Below, in pieces: positions 26,053 through 38,338 of a stretch of DNA of 64,000 nt. How positions within the stretch are numbered: the first letter of the stretch is position 1; each line of letters opens with the position of its first letter. Below the pieces are notes generated by a model that searched no databases, was not told where the DNA came from, and saw nothing but the letters and a program-made list of their open reading frames with translations. Position numbers and translations under genes: made by a program. This DNA is from Podarcis tiliguerta (lineage: Eukaryota): the NCBI GenBank assembly GCA_965153285.1, contig OZ229111.1, one strand, 5' to 3'.

Positions 26053-29000
26053 TACTTGTAGGTTCCCACAAGGGGTCTACTTGGCCACTGAAGGTTGCAG
26101 GATACTGGATAGATAAACCTTTAGTCTGATGCACCAGGCAGAGCTGTCTCAAGGCCAGGACAACCTTCCCAGGCCTACTGCCTAGACCAGGACTCCCACT
26201 TCCCAAGAGCAACATTGGGAGGTAGGAGGTGGAAGATGAACTCGCTGGCACAGCCACCGCTACAGCAGCAGCAAAATGTACGTCTGGAGAGCTCACTGCA
26301 CCATCACCATGAAGAGGAGGAGTGTCAGAGATACTGGGAAATGAAGGCAGAAGGGGAGCCTACACAGTGTGATTTGCCTCAGGCCCTGCACCTGCAAGGC
26401 TCTTAGGTTAAGCTGCACCTGCCATAATTTACTCTCTTACACATCAGTACTTAAAAAGATACAGGAACCTTTTCAATCTTTACATCTAGTGAACCTAACA
26501 CTAAGGCAGCTGCTGAGAGTGTTTCAGGCACTAATTACTACATGTTCAAGTGCAGTGCTGTCCATGTAGCAGATGAGGGAAGACAGGACGTACAACTCTT
26601 GCTGAGTAAGGTATTCAATGTACCTCTCTGTACATTTGGGGAAAGTGAAATGCCCACTCAAAAGCTGTTGTTCAGGCAGGCTGCAACAGAGGGAATAAAT
26701 TCTGTGCTTCTGAAAATTGAAAGATGTTTAATATAACACAGTTTTATTGGATGCAACCTTTTCAAGTATGGGCTGTCTTCCGTGATGGTTAATCTCTGCT
26801 AAACTGCCCAGCCAACACTGGTATCATTGCTACAATAAATATTAGAAAAGGCTTCTGGAGGCAGACAATTTTTGCATTGTTTTGGTTTATTAGAGATTGC
26901 ACAAATCTCTAGCCATATATATTAAAATCCTTTTATATAACACACCCAAATATTAGAGGCAAGCTAATGCTATGCCCCTTATCAATAGCAAAGGTCTTCT
27001 GGATAAACATGTCTAAGTCTCTTCCACCACGGCCCATGTTCCAACCTCCTATTTTGATTTTACCAGCACCTGCAGATATAGCAGTCCACATTTTTTCAGA
27101 GCTTTCAAACACTCAAGTCAGCTGATGAGGCCTGGCTTTACTTAGAACATGCTATGTTGATTATTGGCTTCATGTGCTGTGTAACAGTACACAGCTATTA
27201 ACTGTGGTTTTCAGTAAAGCACCCACTAATTTGTCTGATACATATACACCAGGGTCATAGTGGTGGCATACATGCATACATAAAAGAAATTTAATATCAA
27301 GCTACCTGGGTGATGTCCCCAGTAAACATTTCCAAATGTGTAATTTCACACTTAGAACTACTGCATTTTATGCATTTTTTCAAATGAAGTCAGTTCATCT
27401 GCATAACTCAACCCCTAACCTAAGATCTTTCTCTAAGACCATCAGATAAATCACTGAATAAAATACTCCTAAGAGACCAGAAATATAATTTCCTTTATTC
27501 ATTCAGGATCTGTGCTGATAATACCTATATTTTTCCATTTATTAGTGATTTGCTAACAATGGTCATAATATGTAATATGGGAAGAGGAATGAAGCAGAAA
27601 TACTACATTCTGAGAATTGGAAAAAATTGGCGCCCACAGTGAAGGCCATTGATGTAGATCACAGGGTAGGAAAACTCACAATGTGAAGGGTGGTGATTCA
27701 TGCTGTGAGTTGTTCTAATTTAAACGATAAGAGTGGGAAAGTTGCTGTGGGAATGCCAATCCTTGTAACAAGCACAGTGTCTAGACAAGCTTACAGCCAT
27801 TCAGCAAAAAATGTACACTGCAAGTAGTGCCAAAAATGAGCATGTTAACAAAATGTTGCAGTCACTGCCAGATACATTGCTACAGAGGTAAAACCTTCTT
27901 GTCCACTCCCGCTCCAAGTCCATTTACGTGATCTGGGGGTTTTTTCTGAGCCCTATAGGTGTTCAGAAAAAACACCCTTGGATAAAAAGCAGCAGAGAAG
28001 AGTATCTGTACAATTTCATTGTACCACGAAAGGAGGAAGAGCATTAGCAGAGTTCTTAACTAACAGGCAGTAAGTTCGTGGCCTTGATAGAGTATATTTG
28101 TAAATTGCTCTAAGATACAAATACATGTTAATACTGCACACTGCTAGCATGCCAATGGATGACTTCAATCACAGTAAAAATCCACAGTTATTAAGAACTC
28201 TTACAGAATGCACAAACTTACATATAAGTCTGGCTCCCTGTGCACTGAACGGCCAGCACACAGAATTGCAGAAATTTAGGCACACATAATGCACAGCCGA
28301 GAAGCTACCTCATATCTTGCCTATTCTGACACTAGCAGCTTCCCCTTTTCCATTCTACAGGCAACTGGGATAAGACACTGCTAGAAGGAAGTCTACTTGG
28401 AGGGAAGAAAGGGTTTGCTTTCTTCTTCAGCCCAAAGAAAGTTTAGATTCAAGTGGCATTAACTAATTTGACATCAGCAACAACAGCCTGATCTATCAGA
28501 CTGAAAGTGGCCTGATACTTTGCTTCTATTAGTAGAAAAGCAATCCCTGTTGGAGAGCAACCAGAGCCAAGCTGCCCAGATTGCAAAGCAAGGTCACAAG
28601 CAAAGGAGGAAAGTCTGAACCAATGAAGCCGGTATTAGTATATTGTGGGAAGAGGGTTGAGTCTACCAAGTCTGCTTTCCTACTAAGCTTTTGGCTGGAA
28701 AAAAGGCACACTGTATAGCCTCACTATGGTTATATGCAGAGTCCATCTCAAAAAGCAATTCTGGATTTTTAAGGCCAGTGTGAAGGTGTTTGAACAAGGA
28801 ACTATATTAGAGAGAATGCAAACATACATAAAGAGCTAACCAATGTTTTTACAGGGACTAGGTGAATAAAGTGATGGTTTGCAAACATCCCTAAGATTAA
28901 TAGATTGATTCATATTTCATTTGAAGACTTCAAACAATGGAAATTCCATACATTCATGTCTTGGAATATTATTTCCAGGTCTCTTGTGATCATTACTCTT

Positions 29001-31976
29001 AAAGCATCCTACTACTTATGCTGCTGTATAAATAAATAAATATCACTTCACTATGCATATCAATATCCAAAACGATTAATACAGCTGCCTGGTAGCTGAG
29101 AATAATCCTAGAAAGTATTGTTCCTAAGCAAGATGAAGAGGCTCCAGTCCATGAAAGCTGTTCTTAGTCCAAATCATGCAGGGAACATCTCTGGATTCAG
29201 ATTCCAGTTCTGGCAAATTTGCCAAAAACTTCTTATCGGCCAGTGTGGTGCATTCCCAGCACACAAACCAGCAGCAGTGAGGCAGTCGACAGTGCCTCCT
29301 CCTGCACTAAGCCATTTGCCATGCTGACTGCAATGTCTTTCTGGGGTGATTTCTGCAGCATGACTGAGCAGTTAAGCTCAGGGCGACAGCAAACAACACT
29401 TCTTCCCAACACTCCAAGTTGTATGGAGGGTGCATGTCACCAGAAGCACTGGTTGTTTTCCAGTGATGTATTCACTGAATCTGCTGGAAAGGATCCTTCC
29501 TCCAGCTTTACCATAAGAAACGCAGCAGACAAGCGCAAACCTTTTCAGCAAGCAGCAGAACCTGGCACACCTGCTACCAATTAAATAGGCCCCAAGCTGC
29601 TAAAACGTGACAAGGCTTGTGATCAGCCAGCCAAATCTGCTGAAATTCAGATTAGAACAGAATGCTTCATTTCAGTAAAATCATGAAGTAAACTGATATT
29701 AAGGTCTCCACTAGCCACTCAATCTTATGTTCATATTCCAAAGAGATTGCAGATGTATTGGAAAGGGTTCAATAAAGAACTGAGGATAGATGTACAGAAG
29801 TAAGGATTCATATGCAAGCATATTCCTCCATAGTGAAGTGAATTCTTGTAGTTATCTCACAATGGAATTTTTATGGGCATCCCAGTGTTTTCAGAATTAT
29901 TCAATAAATCCAATCACAGCCCAGTCCAACCTAAGTCCATATGGGGGGGAAATCAAGCCTGTCCAAATCATGCTAATCTGCAATCATAACATAGATGCTA
30001 AAACACTCACAAGACTAGCTCCATAGTTCAAAAATAACACACCCACCCCGCTCTCTAGTGAGCATATGATATTGCTAATCTGCTACAAACAACAGTTCTT
30101 CAATCCAGCGTGTAAGGCTAAAGCTGGATAACTGCAGGTGACAATGTACAGAAAAACTATGTGCCAGCTGGGAGAGAAGAGGAGCTGTCCAGCACAGTAA
30201 AGCTCAAAGCGATACGGCCCAAATTTGACATTACCTATGGCATATTTGGCATTCCTCTGAGTCACCATTTACAACTGTGATGATGAGAAGTGCCCATCCA
30301 GTATGAAGCAATGTTAAACTTGAACCAACAACCTGGATGAATAGAAACACCATAAGTAATTAGCAAGTAGTGAGTTAAAATTCCAGCCAATACATTTGTT
30401 AGAACAGCAATACTGGGACGACAATCTTTCAGAGTAGGTTTTAAAGGCTGAACTGTTCCATAGGGCCAATAATCTTCACATCACTGGTAAACCAAAAGAC
30501 AATATATCACAGTTACAATGTGAATCTTTTCCAAACGTCCAATCCCCATTGTCTAGGAGCAGCAGGTTCCTCTTTCTTGTCATTCATCCTCCCTGAATCA
30601 CAGTTACAGGGTGCCATAGCTGCCTCTGGCTTTTGCTGTGTCCTAAGCCTACTGCAATATGAGAAGCAGCCTTCAGCCAACAGGCAAACTGACTGGATAG
30701 CATTGTACAAACAATAGTAACTTCAGTAGGCTGACTAGACTACACATGTGTGATGTTGTTTCTGGACAAACACTTCATTGGTACCAATTCACTCAGCCTT
30801 GCAAGCATACTTGCAACAAATTAAATCCTTTTGAGTGAGCAGCTTCACCAGTAAAGAATATGCCATTAAAGACCCCACAGCCACACAAGTGTACTGATGC
30901 CCATATACCCAAGGCTAAGATCTTGTTTTCTTATCCAGAGCTTTGGGCACCAATACATACAACCTGTACCAAGAACTCTCCAACCCTTCAAATGCCGTTA
31001 AGACAAAAAATGCAGTAAGATGTCCTCTGGTCAGCTATCAGGATGGACACAGGCTGAAACCAAAGGTGTGACTGATTCTGGAGCTCTGCTGGAAGTGGGT
31101 GAGGAACAGTAACTTGATTTTTCTAATTGAGATTCTGACAACAGGAAGGTAGGCTCAGTATCTTGTATCAAGCAAGAATATGTGGAGATTCACTAACATA
31201 TTCTGAGAAAATGCTGTGACTCAGGCAACAGCAAGCCTTTAGTATAGCTGTGGAAAAAAGAGATTCAGGTACTAGGAATACAAATGAAGGGCACACCACA
31301 ACTAGGGTGCAAAACAAGAGAGAACAGAAAACATTAGTGTGCATTTTCTATTGTGGCATTTAAATAGAGTATGTATATGGGGAGTATAGTGCAGATAATG
31401 CTTGCTAGGACAAGCCTGCAATAAAATATGTGCACAAACTCAGCATCTCTCCACTATGGCAGGAAGAAATAAAGTAGATTCACTTGCAAAGATGGTTCTC
31501 ATCTGCAGGAGAAGCCACTGAACAGACGGAAAAGCACCATTACCACAGTCCAAGAAGCAATTAAATGTTTAGGACCAAATATTGAGCTAGCTACAATATG
31601 GACATAACCCTGAAACAAGGAGATCAGGGCATTCCAAGCATGCGGTAAAGGCAAGCCACATGAAATAAAAGAATAAGACATTAAACTCTAACAGATGGTT
31701 AATTTGAACAGCTACAGTGTATAATTCAGTAAATCAACAGCTTCTCCAAACGGCTGGCACCATCTACAGGTCTAAAAAAGAACAGCTCTCCAAATAAATA
31801 TCAAGGAAATAGGGAACAGGAAAGGGAGGAGTAAGATGTAAACAGAAGGGAAAGCTTCCAGAAATTCACAGCGACACCTCAGGTCTCTTCGCTCACTGTG
31901 ACGTTCTAACTTCTCACAGGTAACACACACTTTTTCCTCTTCAGGCAACAGACAGAAGGTCAATAGGATGGTAGTC

Positions 31977-32086
31977 TCAAGAAGTGAAACTTGACTCACT
32001 GTAAACCTTAAAAGACTTTTTCAACGGTGCAGTAACAGGCAACAGTCCAAGTCTACGTTATACCTTGTGGCTGCACCCATGATTTT
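31977..32086 (-). pseudogene. GLUD pseudo-exon 13 equivalent (terminal exon)
   Basis: cttctAG|[14 protein letters not shown], a deletion/frameshift, TVEKVF, a frameshift, then KVYSESSFTS* (TGA at 31979-31977). Compare human [39 protein letters not shown]. Confidence 0.88.
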
Positions 32087-32293
32087 CTAGAAGATAAAAC
32101 ATCTTGTCCTAAGTCAAAACTTAAAAAATGGTGGGTTACAAGGAATTAATGCCAATGAGCACTATTCTGATGATATTATAATGAATGTTATAGAAGAATA
32201 GAGAAGGATATTACAGAGGTATCTGTAGGATAGTGATGGCTTGTCCTGTGAAAATAGTGAAAAGAGAAAAATATTGAGTGAATAGACACCTAC

Positions 32294-32356
32294 CTTGGCT
32301 GAACATTCCACGGTGAAAGCTAATCCTGAGTGTACAATTCCTTTCTCTGAGGCACC
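32294..32356 (-). pseudogene. GLUD pseudo-exon 12 equivalent (63 nt, open, intact AG/GT)
   Basis: ttatAG|[27 protein letters not shown] versus human [21 protein letters not shown] (16/21 identical). Confidence 0.93.
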
Positions 32357-32765
32357 CTATAAGAAAAAAAAAAACACTGTATGGTTTTTAGTTGTATTTG
32401 TATTGCTTTTATTTCTTCAATTGTATTTTATTTTATTGTAATTGCAATACAATATCTAAGTAATAAAATCAGCAGTAAAAATAAAATTGAAAACCATACA
32501 GTGTCTAGCACGGCAAATTAAAAATGCTAAAAGAGGTAGAAAAATCATTAAGCCAAGATGCCCAGCAATTTGGAAATGGTTTGGGCAGGGGAGTTTGAGA
32601 ACCACTGCTCTAAGGACTAGGTGAAATTTATATACAGAAGACTGCACTGAACTACATATTTTAAATGGAGGAGGAATGTCATGGAGAATAGTATGCCCAA
32701 CACACACATCCACATCAAAACTCCAAGATTGTCTCAAACAGGGGAGACCTTGTAGGGCCCACATA

Positions 32766-32991
32766 CAGTGGTACCTCAGGGTACAGACGCTTCAGGTTAC
32801 AGACTCCACTAACCCAGAAATAGTACCTCGGGTTAAGAACTTTGCTTCAGGATGAGAACAGAAATCGTGTGGCAGTGGTGCTGCGGCACCGGGAGGCCCC
32901 ATTAGCTAAAGTGGTACCTCAGGTTAAGAACAGTTTCCAGTTAAGAACGGACCTCCGGAACGAATTAAGTACTTAACCTGAGGTACCACTG
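32766..32991. mobile_element. Tc1/mariner-type MITE, family A, inside the GLUD pseudogene
   Basis: TA|CAGTGGTACCTCAGG...CCTGAGGTACCACTG|TA. Confidence 0.9.
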
Positions 32992-33778
32992 TATCTTCTA
33001 TGATTATGGGGCCACATTTTCATTAGCTGTAACCTGCTGTCACATATGTTCCGCAGCATAGATAAGAACTCAAAGTGTTTAGCAACCCATTTCTCTCCGC
33101 ACACGGATTGGGCAGAGCCTAATCTTTTACTCACTGTTATTGTCATAATGTTGCAAACAATGCTGAGATGAGGAAAAAAGTAAGTAAAAAAAAAAGCTAT
33201 TCTACATGTTCCTGCTTGACTCAGTCCCAGAACTGAAGAGTCCCATCATGTTACTTATTGCATCTCTAACAGAAAGATCCATGCATTTCCAGTTCTAGTT
33301 CTGGCAGCTCTTGATTAGATTGCTTCAAGAGCCTCCAGAATAAATCACTTGTGATCCGTTGCTAGGGATATTTTTGTACAGGGAAAACTGGTTGCTTACA
33401 AACCTGAACACACTACAATTTTTCTCCTTTTGCCAGCTTTGTGCACTGGGAACAGAAGTGGCTTGCTTGGTAAACTAGCTTCCCAGCACATCACTGTTGG
33501 TCACAGGAGGGAAAGGGGAGAAATTGCAGAGCTGCATTGTGCAAACATACTAGCGGAGCCAATTCAGTGCTTCTTCTGGCGCATTTGCATCATGCCAACC
33601 TCTCTACTACCTCACTGCGTCCTTCCAGGTGAGCAGCAAGGACCTATCTGCCCCAGTGAGCTGCTTCTGTTCGGAAGCTCACCCAATATAAAAAGAGTGG
33701 ATTTGATCAGTCAGCTACTACCTAGTCAGAATATTGACATACACTTGCTGCATGCTTAATAAATGCATATAAGCACAT

Positions 33779-33916
33779 CAGTCTGGTCAAACGAGGAGCA
33801 TTCTCCATTGTAAGTTGTTTCTCAATAGTAGCCGAGATGAGGATATTGCAAGGCACTTTGAGGATGCTGCTTTCACGCTTTTAAGCTTTTCGAAATTCAA
33901 CTATAGTGCCATGATT
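33779..33916 (-). pseudogene. GLUD pseudo-exon 8 equivalent
   Basis: [45 protein letters not shown] versus human [46 protein letters not shown]. In-frame TAA at 33883-33881. Neither the AG nor the GT splice site is present at the expected position. Confidence 0.88.
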
Positions 33917-36357
33917 GTGGAGTGAGAAACACACTTCAGTTTGTCTAGCCTGACATCCAAGGCAGGAGTTTTAGGGATGCCTAACAGAAGGAAAAAAGTG
34001 ATTAACCTTCCACTGAACCAATGTCTCAAAATGATAAGCTTTGAATTGCTCAGAAAGGCTTGTCCTTTGTCCCACAAGTGGACAGTGTTTCCTTTCTGCT
34101 ATTAATGTTTACAGAAGGGCCCATATCTAAACCACTTGTATCATCTAACATTTTAACTTTCTCTTCACCAGCACTGGATTTAGGGCAGTGTGGATGCTCC
34201 CCCCCCCCCCAGGCATTGAGCCAAGGGGGTGGAAGTTTGAGAAGATTCATTTGGGGGCACTAAATTTTGGCCTCGCACAGGGCACCATATTGCAAAAGAT
34301 TATCAAAGTCTGCCCCTGCTTTCATCAAAATATCAGTTGTATGAACAAACTTTTCTAAGGAAAAATCCACAGGAGCACCGAAAACCAAACATGACAACTC
34401 TGGTAAGAGTGTTCCCTTAGGATGAGAGCTATAGTCAAGACAACAGCCAAATTGACAGCACAACCCGTTCCAGGTTAACTGCCAAGAATAAATAGGAGAA
34501 AGATGAATACAGAATGCATACACAGTAGCTGAGTTCTTCCCCCTGGAGCTCAGAGTTCAGCTCCTGCCTCAGCTGATTTCTTCGAGGAAAATTTAAACTT
34601 GATTTATTGGGCAAGGAAAAACAATTCACAAAGACAACATTCCCCGAGGACCAGAGGGCTTCCCCTCTTAGTTTAATTTTCTTGGCAAGTTAATTAGAGT
34701 AAGCAAAGTATTCCTTGGGGGATTGCTCAGCAAACTTAATTCAATAGAGGTGACTTAGACACGGTTCCTGGTACATGAACAGCTAGCCAAGTTTTTTAAC
34801 CTGAGGGAAGGATTGCTGAGGGGACAAACGTATTTCTCCAGGATTGAAGGGAAACTGGCAGGCTGCCATCTCCTAAACCTGCACAAACAAATGTGTTAGC
34901 AGGATACACATTCTGATGAAAAGCTGGTATCCAAGAGTCCACTGCCCACCAAACAAAATGTTAGTATTATTCACTTAATGATGCCACAAACAACAACAAC
35001 AAATAATTTTGTGGAGTCCAGAGGGGTAGCTATGTTAGTCTGTTGCAGCATAAACAAGAATGCTATAGCACCCGAGACATAGAATAGCAATCAGGTATTG
35101 ATCTAGGATTTCAGTGATCAGGTTCAAATCCCCTCTTCAGCCAGCTATAAAGCACACAGGCTGACTCTTGGCTTCCTGCTGTATTTCAGCCTAACCTACC
35201 TCACTGAGTTGTTGCGAGTGTAAAACGTGGGTGGGTGGGGGAATAGTGAATCCCGCCCTGAGTTCCTTGGAAGAAAAACACAGTACAAATATAGTTATTG
35301 GTTACAAAAGCTTTCATGGGCCACAACTCACTTTGTCAGAGGTCTAATGAAGTTACGAAACCAGGCACACGCCCTGAATAACTTTTATAGTGATTCCCAG
35401 CATTTTGCTGACTTCACATTGGATACCAGTTACCATTCTGAACATTCAATTTGTATCCTTTTATCCTCTTGCCTTGAGAACAGACCTGTTTGACTTATGT
35501 AGATGGCAAAAAGGCATTGTTGGCAGATGCCAGTGTACATTATGTTAGAACACATGCATGTGAATAAGTCATTGATTGTATGGCTGATATTGTTAGCTCC
35601 AGGATGGTATTGCTCAGATAGATATGGGGACAAAGTTGACATGAGTATTTGTTCCTGGGACTTTATTTTCCTTGGGTACAGATGGGAAAGACCTCTGACT
35701 GACACCTAGGGAGCTCTGCCAGTTAAGAGCAGATAGTACTCAGTGAACTGGGGAAATAGTCTGACTTGGTATATGGCAGCTTCTTATGCTCATGTGGGCT
35801 ACAAACTTAATAAAATGTGTAACAGAGAAACGCAAAAGATAGAAGCCAGAGGTAATTTCCTCCAACATTCCAATCTTCTCTCCATTTCATTCTGTCCTGT
35901 TTTCATCATCTCCACTCCATCAATTCAAGCAATGCCAACAAAGACACTTCTATCGTGTACTTTAAGTACATAATACAATGCTTCTAAAACTGTTGGTCCC
36001 AGCATATTCCAGGGTGTGTCATACAAGAAATAACTTTCTTTCACTGGGCTGATAGCACACTATTACAGTTATATGAACCCTTTTGGAGATAGGCTTCCTC
36101 CCTTCCTCCCAAAATATATGTAAATTCTATTCAAATACACATTGCGTATTTATACTGCCATTAAATATGAAATATAATATATATATATATATGTTGTAGA
36201 GGGGTCCCAGTTCAAAGTGTCTGAGAAGCACTGCATACTGTTTTTCTGAGATATGCATTAACTCTTCTGCGTACCTCATCCATACGGTATTACAGTAGTG
36301 CCACCTCCTAGCCTGTTGAGCCCATCCTAGTATTTTTCACATTTGGTACAAACTTAC

Positions 36358-36443
36358 CCACTACAGCACATTTGTATGTCATCAAAGCAGCCAAGGCCTT
36401 TACTTCATCAGTACAGCAGTAACAGCACTGCTGTAACGAATCC
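36358..36443 (-). pseudogene. GLUD pseudo-exon 2 (86 nt, with a 5-nt frameshifting insertion)
   Basis: ctttcccCAG|GG ATT CGT TAC AGC AGT GCT GTT ACT GCT [GTACT] GAT GAA GTA AAG GCC TTG GCT GCT TTG ATG ACA TAC AAA TGT GCT GTA GTG G|GTAAGT. GLUD1 exon 2 is 81 nt. Confidence 0.93.
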
Positions 36444-38015
36444 CTGGGGAAAGATAAGAGAAACAAACAGGCATGTAGTCAGTGACTGTACAACAGAAAC
36501 GTATCAATGTATTTGCATTGATAGTCCTCCCCACCTACTTCAGTTCGAAGGGCTCTGAGCAGCACATATAAAAATGGACAATTTTCTGCTCATGGTGGGC
36601 ACTGAATTTCTAACTATAAAAAAGAGATTGTAGTGTTGGCATAATTAGTTTGGAAGGATGTCATCAGATTAATATAAGGCAGCTCAGGCCATTGTAACTT
36701 CTGAGTTAGCTGGAGATACTTTGTTCCAGTCACATGTCATCGCAATACAAAATAAAATAATTAACAGGAGTTAATTTTTCTAAAGTCACCTTGGAATGAT
36801 GACCTTATTTGATCCTGCTCCCCTTTTCATAGGACACTGAGGATTAATGGGGGGATCTGATTAATTGATGAATAATCTAATGAAAAGGGGGGTGGGAGAC
36901 AGGGAGATTGGACTTTTTAAAAAGGTGTCAAAGGACACATTCCTCCCTACTATTTTCATACACACACCTGCTATTTGTCAGCATGCAACAAAGGTAAACT
37001 CATGTATCTTATGGTGTAGTGGTTTAAAAGCCAATCTCTAACACTGGGTATATTTGTAATCATTTGGTTTGTAGGACTGGTAAGACAGACATTATTACAT
37101 ATATTACAGTTTTATCCAAAATTTCTGTCTCCCCACCCCTGGGGTCCGTTCCCATGGCTTCCCAAAATCAGAAGTGTTTTTATAATGCTAGTTTCAAAGC
37201 AGATGTCAGCTTCTGTCAAGTCCTTCTTTCTAAAACAACCCATCACTTTGTGATTGGATTATAAAAGAGCAATTTATAGGATTGATGGGTGTAAAAAAAC
37301 TAAGACCGTGCTAAGGACCACAGACTAGGAAGCACAGCCCAACTGATAGTAGTGCCTCTATAGTGAGCTAGATGGTAGTATTAACCAAGTAAGAGAAAAG
37401 AAGCAGGATGTACACCACAGTTCAAAGGAGTTCTACTCTTGGAACCATACTTATTCACATTCTTGCAGGATAGGAATCTTGTCGAGCTGTTGCCATAAGC
37501 GGCAAAAGCAAAGACAAATGCAGTTCACCAGTCCTGTGGCCTGCCAGGTGCTTGATCAATCCTCTCATGTTTTTTGCAGTTCCACCCTTTCGTGGCTGGT
37601 TGGCTGTTTTGCCTGATGGTAACATGTCTGTCAGACCTTTTCCTTTGCTTGTAACAAACGCAAGTCAGTTACAGCAAACACAAACGCAGACACAAATAGT
37701 CTTGTGACTCCTTAAAGACAAACACATTTGTTGCAGCATAAACTTTTGTGGTCTAAAGTCCTCCTTTATCAGATACAGGATAACTGAAGGGAGCCACTTC
37801 ACCTATCTGCTGACGTGTGGGGCTAGAACTCATGCCACAGTAACTGTGCAATCTTATGCATCTGCGCTCCGAATTAAGTTGCATGGTGGTCAGTGAGGCT
37901 CACTCCTAATAATCGCGTTTGGGATTTCACAAGGGTCTTTTCAAATGCCGCTAGCTTTGTTTGGGAAGGTTTGCTTCTGAAACCCTTGCCAACAGAGGCG
38001 CAGCCAGGCTCCCAC

Positions 38016-38338
38016 TGCCTTTGCAGAGTAAGCGGTACTGGCTGTGCTGGGCCCGGCAGGCCTGGATCACTTCCCAGTTGCCGCAATCCCTGCGGAAAGG
38101 GAAGACCACCGCCAGGAAGTGGCCGGAGTCCGCAGCTCCGGATGGCCTTGAGGATCCCATGAATCCGCTGCTCCCGCCAATTCTAGTCTTTGGGACTGTG
38201 GAGCCGCTTCACCAGCAGAATATCTCGACCATGCCCAAGCTGGGCTCTCTGTCCCGCGCGCCTTAGCGGCGTTCTTCCTTCCACCTGCGCAGCACGAGCG
38301 CTTTCCCGCAGGCGGCGGCGGCTTCTCGCGGTCGCCAT
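38016..38338 (-). pseudogene. GLUD pseudo-exon 1
   Basis: Candidate ATG at 38338 starts an Arg-rich MATARSRRRLRE. DREPSLGMVEIF (cf. DREDDPNFFKMVEGFF) lies in a second frame. [28 protein letters not shown] has TAG at 38185-38183. After a 7-nt insertion comes [36 protein letters not shown] weak GTGGGA donor sits at the GLUD1 phase-1 position. Confidence 0.88.

Larger units (their letters stand above)
31977..38338 (-). pseudogene. Intron-containing (non-processed) glutamate dehydrogenase pseudogene, a GLUD1 paralog
   Basis: Five collinear - strand segments translate to GDH motifs: [110 protein letters not shown].KVYSE. Boundaries match GLUD1 exons. Multiple stops and frameshifts. Confidence 0.93.

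Noticed and set aside
26553-26573. REST/NRSE site
   Set aside because: Only the GCTGTCC half-site matches; the GGTGCTGA half is absent.
34860-35960. Weak matches to GLUD exons 5 and 7
   Set aside because: Only a few scattered codons match, which is indistinguishable from chance by eye.
37430-37650. Possible - strand exon with an in-frame TGA (selenocysteine idea) in pseudogene intron 1
   Set aside because: No recognisable homology, a poor AAG acceptor and no SECIS evidence.
31977-38338. Functional GLUD1, or a processed retrocopy
   Set aside because: Multiple independent stops, frameshifts and missing exons exclude a functional gene. Retained intron positions and splice sites exclude a retrocopy.
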